Source: Escherichia phage vB_vPM_PD06
Strand: one strand, 5' to 3'
Sequence record: NC_052653.1
DNA: 64,000 nt
Within the stretch, counting starts at the first letter, position 1; the number at the start of each line of letters is the position of its first letter. The notes beneath the pieces were generated by a model, which had not been told where the DNA came from, searched no databases, and saw only the letters and a list, made by a program, of their open reading frames with translations. Positions 26,074-35,938 of the stretch are shown here, one piece after another. The position numbers were made by a program, and so were the translations under genes.

Positions 26074-27032
26074 GTAAATTAACAGACGAACAGAAAGCCT
26101 TGATTGTATCTATGAAAGCACAAGGTTATTCTTCGCGTAAGATTGCACAAGAGGTGTTGGGAAGTTCTACTAAGAAGAGCACAGTAAATGATTACTTAGC
26201 TCGTGTAAATTCACCACATCGCGGTGCTCCGCAAGATAAAGGTGGGCCAGTAATTAAAATTATTGACGTAGAGACAGCACCTGAGATTGTGTATAGCTTC
26301 TCACGTTTCAAAGCCTTTATTGCACCTGAACAAGTTATTCGTCGAGGTTACTTGCTTTCCTATTCATCTGCTGATTTAGAAACAGGAGAAGTAGAAGGTA
26401 AGAACCTTAGCAATTACCCTCTGTTTGACATAGATCATACAGATGATTGGGAATTATGTCAAGATCTGTGGCACTTGCTTGACGATGCAGATATTGTGAT
26501 CGCGCACAACGGTATTAAGTTTGATAAGGCTTATATTAACCAACGTTTTGCTTTTCACGGTATGGAGCCACCATCACACTATGTTGTAATTGATACACTC
26601 AAGGTAGCTAAGAAGCAGTTTGCACTACCTTCTAATGCGCTTAAAGAAATGTGTTTGTATTTTGATACAGAAAACTTTAAACTTGATAATGAAGGTTTTC
26701 CTTTGTGGAAAGCATGTTGTGAAGGAGACAGACACGCCTTCTTCCGTATGCAAACATACAACGATGGTGATGTTGTTTCTCTCAGAGATCTTTACATCAA
26801 ACTTCGTGCGTGGATTCCACAACATCCTAACGTATCTGCATTCTATGACGATGAAAAACTTCGTTGTCCTCGTTGCGGTAAAGAGCACCTTGAAGTTGTT
26901 CCTGGTAAGGTTTACACAACAGCGGTTAGTACATTCCAAGTGCTAAGATGCACATCATGTAATAGCCTGTCTCGTGGACGTGTTAATTTGCGTAGCAAAG
27001 AGAAGCGTGTAAACACTGTTATTGGAATTTAA
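26070..27032 (+). CDS. HTH domain fused to DnaQ-like 3'-5' exonuclease with C-terminal zinc ribbon
   Basis: N-terminal HTH-like SSRKIAQEV; exonuclease motifs IDVETAPE and IAHNGIKFD; C-terminal CPRCG...CTSCN. Confidence 0.5.
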   Translation: MSKLTDEQKALIVSMKAQGYSSRKIAQEVLGSSTKKSTVNDYLARVNSPHRGAPQDKGGPVIKIIDVETAPEIVYSFSRFKAFIAPEQVIRRGYLLSYSSADLETGEVEGKNLSNYPLFDIDHTDDWELCQDLWHLLDDADIVIAHNGIKFDKAYINQRFAFHGMEPPSHYVVIDTLKVAKKQFALPSNALKEMCLYFDTENFKLDNEGFPLWKACCEGDRHAFFRMQTYNDGDVVSLRDLYIKLRAWIPQHPNVSAFYDDEKLRCPRCGKEHLEVVPGKVYTTAVSTFQVLRCTSCNSLSRGRVNLRSKEKRVNTVIGI

Positions 27033-27035
27033 TAA

Positions 27036-27062
27036 AAAGGGGCGAAAGCCCCTTTATTTTTG
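27036..27062 (+). terminator. Rho-independent terminator
   Basis: AAAGGGGC-GAAA-GCCCCTTT followed by ATTTTT. Confidence 0.7.
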
Positions 27063-27070
27063 GAGGATTT

Positions 27071-27472
27071 ATGACTACAGCACTGGATATTCAAATTGAT
27101 GGTGATCACTACAAACGTATGCGTATGCAACCTTTGGAACTTGCATATCTAATTGGTGCAACTCCTTGTTTCACTAAGTTAGCTAAGTATGCTTGTCGAA
27201 ACAAAGGTGATCGTGTGATCAACCTAAACAAAGCGATTCACGTTATTCATATTGAAAAAGAATTGAGTGATAAATATTACAATATGTTGTATGAAGCCTA
27301 CCCTAACTTAAAAAATCCTGTAAAAATTGAGTTAGCTAATCAGCTAATTGATTTATACACAGACGATGATCTTGTTCGTAAGGCTTTAAAAGCAATGTAT
27401 AAAGGTAAGTATATTGAAGCAGCAGATGCTATTGAACAATTGAAGGAGAGTGTAGATGGCTTCTCACGGTAA
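27071..27472 (+). CDS. Hypothetical protein
   Basis: 133-aa ORF. Confidence 0.5.
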   Translation: MTTALDIQIDGDHYKRMRMQPLELAYLIGATPCFTKLAKYACRNKGDRVINLNKAIHVIHIEKELSDKYYNMLYEAYPNLKNPVKIELANQLIDLYTDDDLVRKALKAMYKGKYIEAADAIEQLKESVDGFSR

Positions 27473-27650
27473 ACAATACGGAGAGGGTGAAGTATATAAA
27501 ATATACAATAAACGTGGAGATAAACTCCTATATACAATCACAATCCCAGAAAACATGTGTAAGGCTGGTTTAGACCGTATGCTTTTCTTTAAATATAACA
27601 TTCCACCTGGAGATTATGTAGCTAAAAAGGTGAGCACTATTGGAAAATAA
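27456..27650 (+). CDS. Hypothetical protein
   Basis: 64-aa ORF. Confidence 0.4.
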   Translation: MASHGKQYGEGEVYKIYNKRGDKLLYTITIPENMCKAGLDRMLFFKYNIPPGDYVAKKVSTIGK

Positions 27651-28215
27651 AGAACCTAAAGTTATTTGGGGAGATGGAACACCTTGGAAAACTCAAGCAG
27701 CCTTTTATACATATTTAAGGGGTTGCTTAAGGAAAGCATGGGTGAGACACCCGAATAAGATAAAAAAGATCCAATCTGTACGATTTAAAGCCGATAGATT
27801 GGATAAAGACGGCAATGTAGTTTTAGATAAGAAAACAGGCAAACCGAAACAGGTTTGGAATTGTCAATGTGAATTGTGTGGACATACAGGAGGTATGAAA
27901 GACTTTCAAGTAGACCATATTAATGCAGCAGGTACATTAACCTGTTATGAAGATATCCCAAGTTTTGTTTTACGCCTATTGTATGTAACAGAAGACGACC
28001 TGCGTGTAGTTTGTAAGCAGTGTAACGCTATCCTAGCTTATGCTGACAAGCACGATATGACATTCAGGGAAGCAAAAGCGGAGAAGGAAGCGATAGCTTT
28101 ATGCCAGTCTAAAAAGGATAAAAATTGGCTAACGAAGCGCGGAATTTCACCAGAAAGTACAGTAAGTAAGCGAAGAAAACAAATAGTAAAAATTCTTCTT
28201 GACGAAGAGAAATAA
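27640..28215 (+). CDS. HNH endonuclease-like protein
   Basis: CQCELCGH ... DHINAAG ... CKQCN arrangement. Confidence 0.5.
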   Translation: MENKEPKVIWGDGTPWKTQAAFYTYLRGCLRKAWVRHPNKIKKIQSVRFKADRLDKDGNVVLDKKTGKPKQVWNCQCELCGHTGGMKDFQVDHINAAGTLTCYEDIPSFVLRLLYVTEDDLRVVCKQCNAILAYADKHDMTFREAKAEKEAIALCQSKKDKNWLTKRGISPESTVSKRRKQIVKILLDEEK

Positions 28216-28260
28216 TAAAATATTATCGCTCCCACAAACGGGAGCGTTAGAGGAGAAAAT

Positions 28261-28824
28261 ATGGCTAAACTTTATTTCCGATATAGTCCGATGAACAGTG
28301 GTAAAAGCACACATCTTCTACAAACAGCTTGGAACTATAAAGAAAGAAATATGAAAGTTCTTCTTTTAACTTCAGCTTTAGATACCAGATCTGGTGGTGC
28401 TATTGCTTCTAGGATAGGTATTAAAGAGGAAGCAAAACCAGTTAAAACAAAAGAAGATATGCTGGAAATTTATACACAACTTAAAGAGAATCCAGTAGAT
28501 GCAGTATTTGTGGATGAATCACAATTCCTAACTAAAGATATGGTTGACATTCTTGGAGATGTGGTAGACAATTACGATATTCCTGTATTCTGCTATGGAC
28601 TTAAAACAGATTTTGCTACAGAATTGTTTGAAGGTTCTGAACGGTTATTAGCCATAGCAGATTCAATTACAGAATTGAAAAGCATTTGTAAATGTGGAAG
28701 AAAAGCTATTTTCAATGCTAGACTTATCGACTCTAAAGAACAGATTGTTATTGGAGGAGAAGACATTTACGAAACAATGTGTAGAAAATGTTATAACAGG
28801 AGAAATAATGCGTCTAGTATGTGA
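28261..28824 (+). CDS. tdk: Thymidine kinase
   Basis: P-loop YSPMNSGKSTHLLQTA, VFVDESQFL, C-terminal zinc site CKCGRKA ... CRKCY. Confidence 0.9.
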   Translation: MAKLYFRYSPMNSGKSTHLLQTAWNYKERNMKVLLLTSALDTRSGGAIASRIGIKEEAKPVKTKEDMLEIYTQLKENPVDAVFVDESQFLTKDMVDILGDVVDNYDIPVFCYGLKTDFATELFEGSERLLAIADSITELKSICKCGRKAIFNARLIDSKEQIVIGGEDIYETMCRKCYNRRNNASSM

Positions 28825-29398
28825 TTGGGATTTAGTAATAGCTCCAGCGGATATAGAATGGTTAAATTGGTTAAATGCGGTAAGTAGATCTAATATCAAA
28901 TTTGATAAGACACATAAAACTGTGCACTATGATATTACGAAATATTTCCCTGATTTTAAAAAGCAATTTGGTGTAGATCCTTACTCTTTTTGGGATAACC
29001 AACATCTATATGATACTATGGGAGTAGTACCTAATAGTACAGATGTTGTTCATCGTATAATTGCAAATGGATCTAATATATCTATAGCGAGCCACACTAA
29101 AGGTGGACACCTTAGTTCTAAATATAGACACGTAACACGATCTTTAGATAAAGTGGATTTTAGTAGAACATCTGGTAATGGTTTTTTCGCAACAAAAGAA
29201 AAATACTTATTACCTTGCGATGTAACTATTGACGATAGGGCTGAAAATCTTGTCCTGTTTCCAGATGAAACGTTGAAAATATATTTCAACACTATTTACG
29301 AAGATCCATATTTGGAAGAGTTAAAGAAACTTCCTAATGTAATTATCACTGGTTTAGACAATCAGTGGGAAGAAATTGAAAGTATTTTACTACCTTAA
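28808..29398 (+). CDS. HAD-like phosphatase, possible deoxyribonucleotidase
   Basis: ATG at 28808 with AGGAG upstream; N-terminal DxD-type motif VCDWDLVI; sits between tdk and thyX. Confidence 0.4.
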   Translation: MRLVCDWDLVIAPADIEWLNWLNAVSRSNIKFDKTHKTVHYDITKYFPDFKKQFGVDPYSFWDNQHLYDTMGVVPNSTDVVHRIIANGSNISIASHTKGGHLSSKYRHVTRSLDKVDFSRTSGNGFFATKEKYLLPCDVTIDDRAENLVLFPDETLKIYFNTIYEDPYLEELKKLPNVIITGLDNQWEEIESILLP

Positions 29399-29407
29399 GG
29401 AGAAATA

Positions 29408-30379
29408 ATGACAAATTCTATTTCAGCAAAAATTATTGCACACTCTCAAACATCCGAAGGTAAGGATATTGTTACCTTTGAACTTGAATATCCTCGAATC
29501 ATTCACTCTGAATTGATGACGCATCGTTTGTTTTCTCGTAATGCAGCATCAAGTCGAGCTATCCCTGTTAAAACTCTAATTGAAATGGTACGGCAATCTC
29601 CAGCACGTCCTTATCGTTTTGGTGCTAACCAACCAGGTATGCAAGATAAAGGCACAGATCACGATGCCCTGATTGATGCAGGTTACACTGCAAAAGAATG
29701 GTGGGACTTGGCTGCTCTAAGTGCTGCACGTTTTGCAGAAGAGTTTGCCCTTGCTGGTTATCATAAACAGGTTGCAAACCGCCTACTAGAACCATTTCAG
29801 CGTATGAAGACTGTAGTAACCACTACAGAACTAGAAAACTTCTTGTGGTTGCGCGTAGATGCTGATGCAGATCCTACTATTGAGGCTCTTGCTAAAGAAA
29901 TTAAAAAACTGTATGAATCTTCTGAACCATATCTTCTTTTCCCAGGAGAATGGCATACACCTTACGTTAATCGTGATCGAGATCCAGAAACTGGTATGAT
30001 CCGTTATTTCTTGGGTGAAACCTTCTCCAACGAGAAAATGTTGACAGAAGACGAAGCAAAAGCTATTTCAGCTTCTTGTTGCGCTCAGGTAAGTTATCGT
30101 AAGTTGAATGATACTAAAGATAAAGCATTGGATATCTATTCTCGTTTGCTGTCTGGACAAAAGGTACATGCATCTCCGTTTGAACACCAGGCAACGCCAA
30201 TGAAAGAAATGGATTTGTCAGGATTAAAACAACAGAAAGGTGGTATTAATATTCCTCCGTTCCCTTCCTCTTGGGAAGAAGGTATTACACACATGGATCG
30301 TAAACATCGTTTGTGGAGTGGAAACTTCTGTGGTTGGATTCAACATCGTCAACTTTTGACAAACCATACAAAATGGTGA
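29408..30379 (+). CDS. thyX: Flavin-dependent thymidylate synthase ThyX
   Basis: ThyX signature RHRLFSRNAASSRA; 323 aa. Confidence 0.9.
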   Translation: MTNSISAKIIAHSQTSEGKDIVTFELEYPRIIHSELMTHRLFSRNAASSRAIPVKTLIEMVRQSPARPYRFGANQPGMQDKGTDHDALIDAGYTAKEWWDLAALSAARFAEEFALAGYHKQVANRLLEPFQRMKTVVTTTELENFLWLRVDADADPTIEALAKEIKKLYESSEPYLLFPGEWHTPYVNRDRDPETGMIRYFLGETFSNEKMLTEDEAKAISASCCAQVSYRKLNDTKDKALDIYSRLLSGQKVHASPFEHQATPMKEMDLSGLKQQKGGINIPPFPSSWEEGITHMDRKHRLWSGNFCGWIQHRQLLTNHTKW

Positions 30380-30396
30380 TCAACTTAAAATTATAG

Positions 30397-30425
30397 TTGA
30401 CTTTTAATTGAGATTCGTGTAGTAT
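30397..30425 (+). promoter_or_regulatory. Sigma70-like promoter candidate
   Basis: TTGACT, 17-nt spacer, TAGTAT; followed by hairpin GGAGAGC-TAT-GCTCTCC in leader. Confidence 0.4.
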
Positions 30426-30476
30426 AGGCTAACGTTAGGAGAGCTATGCTCTCCTTAAAAGAGAGAAGGAGAATTT

Positions 30477-30887
30477 ATGTCACTAATTAATACAACCATT
30501 TGGGCGACCGTAAGTATGTCTACCATTAAGGCTACACCGATCTGGAAAGAAATGGCTAAAAAGCACGGAGGAAAAATTCCTCACGAGTATCATAACACTA
30601 CATTGCGAGCAGCATTAGTAATGCTTGGTATGTCTACCGATGGACATTATACAGTAGAACGTGGTGTTAATATTCGTAGTAACAACAATCGACGTGTGGT
30701 GTTTGCAAATACTACATTGTATACTTTCCCAGTTCGACAAGACTATAAATATAAGCGAATCTATCAAGGTGTAGATATTTTGCACTTTGGAGAAGAAGAT
30801 TTTACAGGTTGGGGTAGCTCTCATATCAAAATGGAAGACTTCGGAAATGAACATGATCCATCACGAGATGATGATTCTGAATTCTAA
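30477..30887 (+). CDS. Hypothetical protein
   Basis: 136-aa ORF with AAGGAG upstream. Confidence 0.5.
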   Translation: MSLINTTIWATVSMSTIKATPIWKEMAKKHGGKIPHEYHNTTLRAALVMLGMSTDGHYTVERGVNIRSNNNRRVVFANTTLYTFPVRQDYKYKRIYQGVDILHFGEEDFTGWGSSHIKMEDFGNEHDPSRDDDSEF

Positions 30888-30899
30888 TTGAGAGGCTAA

Positions 30900-31148
30900 A
30901 TGACAGAAAGTAATAAATATGAAGGCTGTGAAATTGAAGTCTATTTTGATGAAACATTAGGTTGCAATGTAACAGTTATCCTTGATACATCTAAAAGATT
31001 ATCCCCAAAAAGACAAGAAGCAGACCGCAAAGCAAAGGCAAAAGGTTTTGAAGGTATAGATCATTTTGAAGGTTTTCTATACGCAAATGGCTTATATAAT
31101 GAGATGCGTGGCGGTTATGATGTAGATGTTCTAAACATGCACAATTAA
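30900..31148 (+). CDS. Hypothetical protein
   Basis: 82-aa ORF. Confidence 0.45.
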   Translation: MTESNKYEGCEIEVYFDETLGCNVTVILDTSKRLSPKRQEADRKAKAKGFEGIDHFEGFLYANGLYNEMRGGYDVDVLNMHN

Positions 31149-31159
31149 TAGGAGAGGAA

Positions 31160-33421
31160 GTGACTCAGTATCTAAGCAAATCTATCCGTTATGTAACAAA
31201 AACAAACGGCAAGAAAGAAGAATTTAATCCAGAAAAACTTCGTAAATGGTCAGAGTTTGCTGCTGGTAAATTAAATTGGTCTGAAATTGAACTTGAAGCT
31301 GTTAAACGTTGTTACGACGGTGTGCCTACTCGTGATTTACATAAAGCTATGATAGCAGCATGTATTGATAAGAAAGATCAGGCATACAGTGATATGGCAG
31401 GTCGGTTACTTCTTGGTATGATTTATAAACAGGCTCATGGGGGATATCACAATATCCCCTCCCTCCTGGATTTCTACAATATGTCTGTAAGTAAAGGCTA
31501 TTGGGGAAAAATGGATTATACAGAAGAAGAAATTATTGAGATTGGTAAGATTGTCAATCACGATAAAAACCTAACTTATGGTTATTCCGTACTGCGCCAG
31601 ATGGTTGATAAGTATCTTGTGAAAGATGCGATCAATGATGTTGTTTTTGAATCACCACAGTTTTTATTTATTGGTGTAGCAATGAAGGTAATGGAAATCC
31701 AACCAAAAGATCGCAGAGTAGAAGACATTAAACGTCTATATACCTACGTAAGTGATCTTAAGATTAATTTACCATCGCCTTATTTAACAACTTTGCGTAC
31801 TAAGATTAAAGGTAGTGCTTCTTGTTGTCTGTTTAGAGCAGATGATACAGCAGAATCTTTAGCAATTGCTAACTATCTTGCGCATGAATATACATTGAAT
31901 AATGCAGGTATTGGTGTTAACCTTCAAACCCGTGCCACAGGACAAGGTGTTAAGAACAACCGTATCGTTCACGGTGGTCTTTTACCATATCTGAAATGGA
32001 TGGAGACAAGTGTTGGAGCATCAAAACAAGCAAGTCGTGGTGGAAGTGCAACAGTAACGTTTACAATACTAGAACCTGATTTTGAAGATCTGGTACGTTT
32101 GAAAAACCCAACTACTGTTAGTGAAAAACGAGTAGATAAACTTGATTACTCTATCGTAGTAAACAATGCTTTCCTGCGCCGTGCAGCAAAAGGTAAAGAT
32201 TGGATGCTAGTTAGTTATGACGAAGCACCAGAACTCTATGAGGCGCTTTATAAAAGCGAGGAAGAGTTTGAAGAAGTATATGAAAAAGTTAGTCGCAAAC
32301 GTATTAAGAAGAAGTTTGTAAAAGCACGAGATCTTCTGGCAGAAATTATTACACAAAGAGCAGAGACAGGACGTATTTATATGTTCTTTGCGGATAATGC
32401 TAATAGGCATACTCCGTTTAAGGATGTTATTTATCAGTCAAACTTGTGCCAAGAAATTTTCTTACCTACGAAAGCATTTCACAATATGACTGATCTTTTC
32501 ACAGGTGAGAATACAGAAGATCAAGAATTGGCATTATGCTTCCTGTCTTCTATTGTAGCTGGTCGTGTTACACCAGAAGAATATGAAGATGTTGCATATT
32601 ATACAGTTCTAACTATTGATAATGTTATTGAAACAATGCAGTATCCGTTTAAACATAACGAAATCACTGCTAAAGCACGTAGGTCTATCGGTGTAGGTAT
32701 TACAAACCTTGCACATTATCTGGCAAGTAATTTTGTTACTTATTCAGATCCTTACGGCAAAAAACTAATTCACGAATTAGCAGAAAGGCATTATTACTGG
32801 TTAGCAAGAGCTTCTCTTCGTTTGGCAAAAGAGAAGGGTAATGCACAATGGATGCATAAAACCAAATGGCCTGAAGGATGGTTGCCTATTGACACCTACG
32901 CTAAAGCTGTAGACGATATTGGCAATTTTAAACTTAAAATGGATTGGGAAGGTTTACGACAAGATATCATTGCACAAGGTGGTATCCGAAATAGTGTATT
33001 AGCAGCTATTGCTCCAAATGAGTCCAGTAGTCTTGTAAGTAATACGACTAACTCTGTGTATCCTGTACGTGATACTATAGTTTATAAACAAAGCCAAAAA
33101 GGTAATGTTCTGTTTATTGTGCCAGATTACGATAAACTAAAAGATATTTACCAATCGGCTTGGGATACACCAGATAAAGATATGGCTGAAGCATATGGAC
33201 TGTTGACTAAATTCTTAGATCAAGGTGCATCATGTGATAAGTGGATTGACTATTCTAAGATGGAAGGTGGTCGTTTATCCATTAAATCAGAAATGCAATA
33301 TATTCTTCAGTTTGCAAAACTTGGTGGTAAATCTTTGTACTATCTAAATAGCAGAACAAAATCGGCAACCTCACTCGCTCAAGAGGATGAAGAATCCGGT
33401 TGTGAGTCTTGTAAGATGTAA
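31160..33421 (+). CDS. nrdA: Ribonucleotide reductase large subunit (class I, NrdA-type)
   Basis: Active-site NLCQEI, C-terminal CESCKM redox pair, 753 aa; GTG start with GGAGAGG upstream. Confidence 0.9.
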   Translation: MTQYLSKSIRYVTKTNGKKEEFNPEKLRKWSEFAAGKLNWSEIELEAVKRCYDGVPTRDLHKAMIAACIDKKDQAYSDMAGRLLLGMIYKQAHGGYHNIPSLLDFYNMSVSKGYWGKMDYTEEEIIEIGKIVNHDKNLTYGYSVLRQMVDKYLVKDAINDVVFESPQFLFIGVAMKVMEIQPKDRRVEDIKRLYTYVSDLKINLPSPYLTTLRTKIKGSASCCLFRADDTAESLAIANYLAHEYTLNNAGIGVNLQTRATGQGVKNNRIVHGGLLPYLKWMETSVGASKQASRGGSATVTFTILEPDFEDLVRLKNPTTVSEKRVDKLDYSIVVNNAFLRRAAKGKDWMLVSYDEAPELYEALYKSEEEFEEVYEKVSRKRIKKKFVKARDLLAEIITQRAETGRIYMFFADNANRHTPFKDVIYQSNLCQEIFLPTKAFHNMTDLFTGENTEDQELALCFLSSIVAGRVTPEEYEDVAYYTVLTIDNVIETMQYPFKHNEITAKARRSIGVGITNLAHYLASNFVTYSDPYGKKLIHELAERHYYWLARASLRLAKEKGNAQWMHKTKWPEGWLPIDTYAKAVDDIGNFKLKMDWEGLRQDIIAQGGIRNSVLAAIAPNESSSLVSNTTNSVYPVRDTIVYKQSQKGNVLFIVPDYDKLKDIYQSAWDTPDKDMAEAYGLLTKFLDQGASCDKWIDYSKMEGGRLSIKSEMQYILQFAKLGGKSLYYLNSRTKSATSLAQEDEESGCESCKM

Positions 33422-33429
33422 TGAAACTA

Positions 33430-33450
33430 GGGGGCTTTGTCCCCCTTTCT
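33430..33450 (+). terminator. Rho-independent terminator
   Basis: GGGGG-CTTTGT-CCCCC followed by TTTCTT. Confidence 0.65.
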
Positions 33451-33461
33451 TAAGGAGGAAT

Positions 33462-33797
33462 ATGCCTACATTAGTTGTATTACCTGGGGCAACACCACAA
33501 AGACGCTGGGGAAATTATACACTGGTAGATAGTAAAGATTTTACATTCGATTGGTGTTGTCATTATATTGCAGGTTTTCAATTTTCCAGTGTTGAAATAT
33601 GGGCTTCCAATGATCCCATAGCTACCTGGTATGCTTTAACCAGAGCAAGGTATGAGGGAGAGGTTACTATACTACTCACAAAGAGTGTATGGGACGCATT
33701 AGAGAAGGCTTACATAGAGAATGGTATGGAGAGAAAACACATTGATACAATAAAAGCAATGTGTGATATCGTGGAGGATTTAAATGGCAGCGATTAA
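33462..33797 (+). CDS. Hypothetical protein
   Basis: ATG at 33462 with AGGAGG upstream; about 111 aa. Confidence 0.4.
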   Translation: MPTLVVLPGATPQRRWGNYTLVDSKDFTFDWCCHYIAGFQFSSVEIWASNDPIATWYALTRARYEGEVTILLTKSVWDALEKAYIENGMERKHIDTIKAMCDIVEDLNGSD

Positions 33798-34869
33798 TTT
33801 ATACAACGACACTTACAAAGAAGGTTTCTACCCTGTATTTTTGGGAGAACAGTTAGGTATTTTTGATTCTATTAATGTAACATACCCAGAAATGCATCGT
33901 CTGTACAAACTACAAAAACAGCAAGATTGGGATGAAAACGAAGTAAACTTAGATCAGACACGAAAAGATTTCGTAGCTTGTTCTAAAAGCAACTACGATG
34001 TTATGATCAAAAACCTATCCTTCCAATGGGAAAATGATTCACTTGCTAAATCAATCATCACTTTGTTTGCACCATTTTTAAGCAACAACGAAGCATGTGC
34101 AATGATGATGAAGCAATCAGAAATGGAAGTTCTACACGCTTTGACATATTCTGAAATTATTCGTCAGTGTATCCCTAATCCAAATGAAGTTATCGATCAG
34201 ATTATGGAGAACGAAAGAATCTTCCAGAGGATGGGTATAGTTGAAGAGGTAATGAGTGATCTGGCAGAGGCAGGACATAAATATGCTCTAGGTCTGATTG
34301 AGAAGGATGATAACCTTCGTCTACTGATCCTGAAAGGAATGATTGCACTTATCGGTCTGGAAGGCATTCAATTCATATCCTCTTTTGCTGCAACATTTGC
34401 CTTAGCAGAGCAGCAACTGTTTGTAGGTGCAGCTAAACTCATTCAAAAAATTATGTTGGATGAACTATTGCACGTTAAAATGGATTATGCTATTATTGAT
34501 GCACTGCTGAAAGATCCTGTTTGGAGAAAAGTATACGAAGATAATATCGACGTTCTGACAGAAATTCTTGACACGGTAGTTGGACAAGAGGAAGATTGGT
34601 GTGACTATCTGTTTAGTGAAGGAAGGGTTATCGTTGGTGGTAACGCAGAGTTGTTCAAACTTTGGGTTTACTTCAATGCTGCGCCTATCTATCGCAGACT
34701 GAAAATGAAACACAAATTCCGTGCACCGAAGAAAAGTCCACTGCCTTGGATGGATGTTTGGTTAAATCCAGATCAAATTCAAGCAGCAGCACAGGAGATC
34801 CAAATTACAGCTTACAAACTGAATTCAGCAAATAAAGATGTAAGTGATGACGAGGAGTTAGACTTCTAA
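33784..34869 (+). CDS. nrdB: Ribonucleotide reductase small subunit (NrdB-type)
   Basis: Di-iron ligand segments EMEVLHALTYSE and GLEGIQFISSFA; acidic C-terminal tail DDEELDF. Confidence 0.85.
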   Translation: MAAINLYNDTYKEGFYPVFLGEQLGIFDSINVTYPEMHRLYKLQKQQDWDENEVNLDQTRKDFVACSKSNYDVMIKNLSFQWENDSLAKSIITLFAPFLSNNEACAMMMKQSEMEVLHALTYSEIIRQCIPNPNEVIDQIMENERIFQRMGIVEEVMSDLAEAGHKYALGLIEKDDNLRLLILKGMIALIGLEGIQFISSFAATFALAEQQLFVGAAKLIQKIMLDELLHVKMDYAIIDALLKDPVWRKVYEDNIDVLTEILDTVVGQEEDWCDYLFSEGRVIVGGNAELFKLWVYFNAAPIYRRLKMKHKFRAPKKSPLPWMDVWLNPDQIQAAAQEIQITAYKLNSANKDVSDDEELDF

Positions 34870-35087
34870 TGAAACTACTTTGTGTTGGATTAATTTCTGA
34901 CTTCAAAGACGTTTTCGAAAAGGGAGCCTCTTACGAGGCTTCCGAATTACAGAATGGTTTCTGTGATGTTTACGGCAAACGTTTAAAAAAGAATGGTGAT
35001 CATTGGCTAGGAGTTATGTCTTGCGGTCATATTATAGTTAATGGTGTAGCCAAGTTTGAAATTATCAAAGGAGAAAAAGATGATTGA
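34869..35087 (+). CDS. Hypothetical protein
   Basis: 72-aa ORF abutting nrdB stop. Confidence 0.4.
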   Translation: MKLLCVGLISDFKDVFEKGASYEASELQNGFCDVYGKRLKKNGDHWLGVMSCGHIIVNGVAKFEIIKGEKDD

Positions 35088-35262
35088 TTTTGTTGATGTA
35101 GATATTAATTCTGACTTAACAGAAGATGAAGGTGGTGCTTTTGTATGTTCAGATGGAGAGAAATGTTTTACTCTGATGGTAGAGACTTATGATGGTATCA
35201 CAGAAATTCTATTAACAGAGAATGAGTTAAAACAGATGTTAGAAAAGATTGAGGAGCTTTAA
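35080..35262 (+). CDS. Hypothetical acidic protein
   Basis: ATG at 35080 with AAAGGAG upstream. Confidence 0.4.
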   Translation: MIDFVDVDINSDLTEDEGGAFVCSDGEKCFTLMVETYDGITEILLTENELKQMLEKIEEL

Positions 35263-35265
35263 TAA

Positions 35266-35409
35266 TGGACGATGTAAGTATTTGTCCTATCTGCGGTGGT
35301 ACTGGGAATTTTATTGTTAGTATGGAACAATTTATTCCTTGTTGGAATTGTAACGGCTTAGGTTTCGTTCATACAGAAGAAAAAGAAGAGGAGGAAGATA
35401 GTGGGGGTT
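35266..35409 (+). CDS. Small zinc-finger protein
   Basis: 47 aa with CPICGGTG and CWNCNGLG repeats. Confidence 0.35.
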
Positions 35410-35727
35410 GATATTGCATGGCGTATGTTACAGGGTGCACCTTTTAATAAATGGGAAGAGGCTGTAGGAGAAGATCCTAGAATTGAAGAAGAATTTGATG
35501 GAGATTTTAATTGGTTCTTACAAGAAGGTCTTGATTTAAGCCGTATCTCTCCTTTCTATGATGCTGATGAATCTTATTGCATATATGGCATTTATTTAGA
35601 AGGTGGCGAAGGAAGTGTAGCTGTAGATCTTGAGCAACTAAATAAGAATGCAAAAGAAGCCTATGCACAACTTCTTGAAAAATATAACATTGAAACGGAA
35701 ACTATTATTTCTCAACACGTTTGGTAA
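35401..35727 (+). CDS. Hypothetical protein
   Basis: GTG start after GAGGAGGAAG; 108 aa. Confidence 0.45.
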   Translation: MGVDIAWRMLQGAPFNKWEEAVGEDPRIEEEFDGDFNWFLQEGLDLSRISPFYDADESYCIYGIYLEGGEGSVAVDLEQLNKNAKEAYAQLLEKYNIETETIISQHVW

Positions 35728-35740
35728 GGAGGATAGTAGA

Positions 35741-35938
35741 ATGATGCTAGATCAACTGATCAATGCTCCTCGCGTAACAGTAAGTCCAAAAACATTTGCA
35801 TCACTTTTAGAAGATGCTAGAGAGGTTTATAACTTTACTGAAGAAGAGCTTCCTGTTCCTGTTGAAAAAGGTTCCAGATGGTTGTTTTATGAAGGTATTA
35901 TTTTTACTGAAGGGAATAATTGGAAGGAGACTAAATGA
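35741..35938 (+). CDS. Hypothetical protein
   Basis: ATG at 35741 with GGAGGA upstream; 65 aa. Confidence 0.4.
   Translation: MMLDQLINAPRVTVSPKTFASLLEDAREVYNFTEEELPVPVEKGSRWLFYEGIIFTEGNNWKETK

Noticed and set aside
17099-28235. Minus-strand track ORFs inside the plus-strand block (17099-17491, 19186-19746, 22381-22779, 23108-23362, 23585-23905, 23958-24299, 24333-24640, 24956-25180, 26579-26939, 27340-27537, 28038-28235)
   Set aside because: All are antisense to co-directional, tightly packed plus-strand genes, several with clear enzyme motifs.
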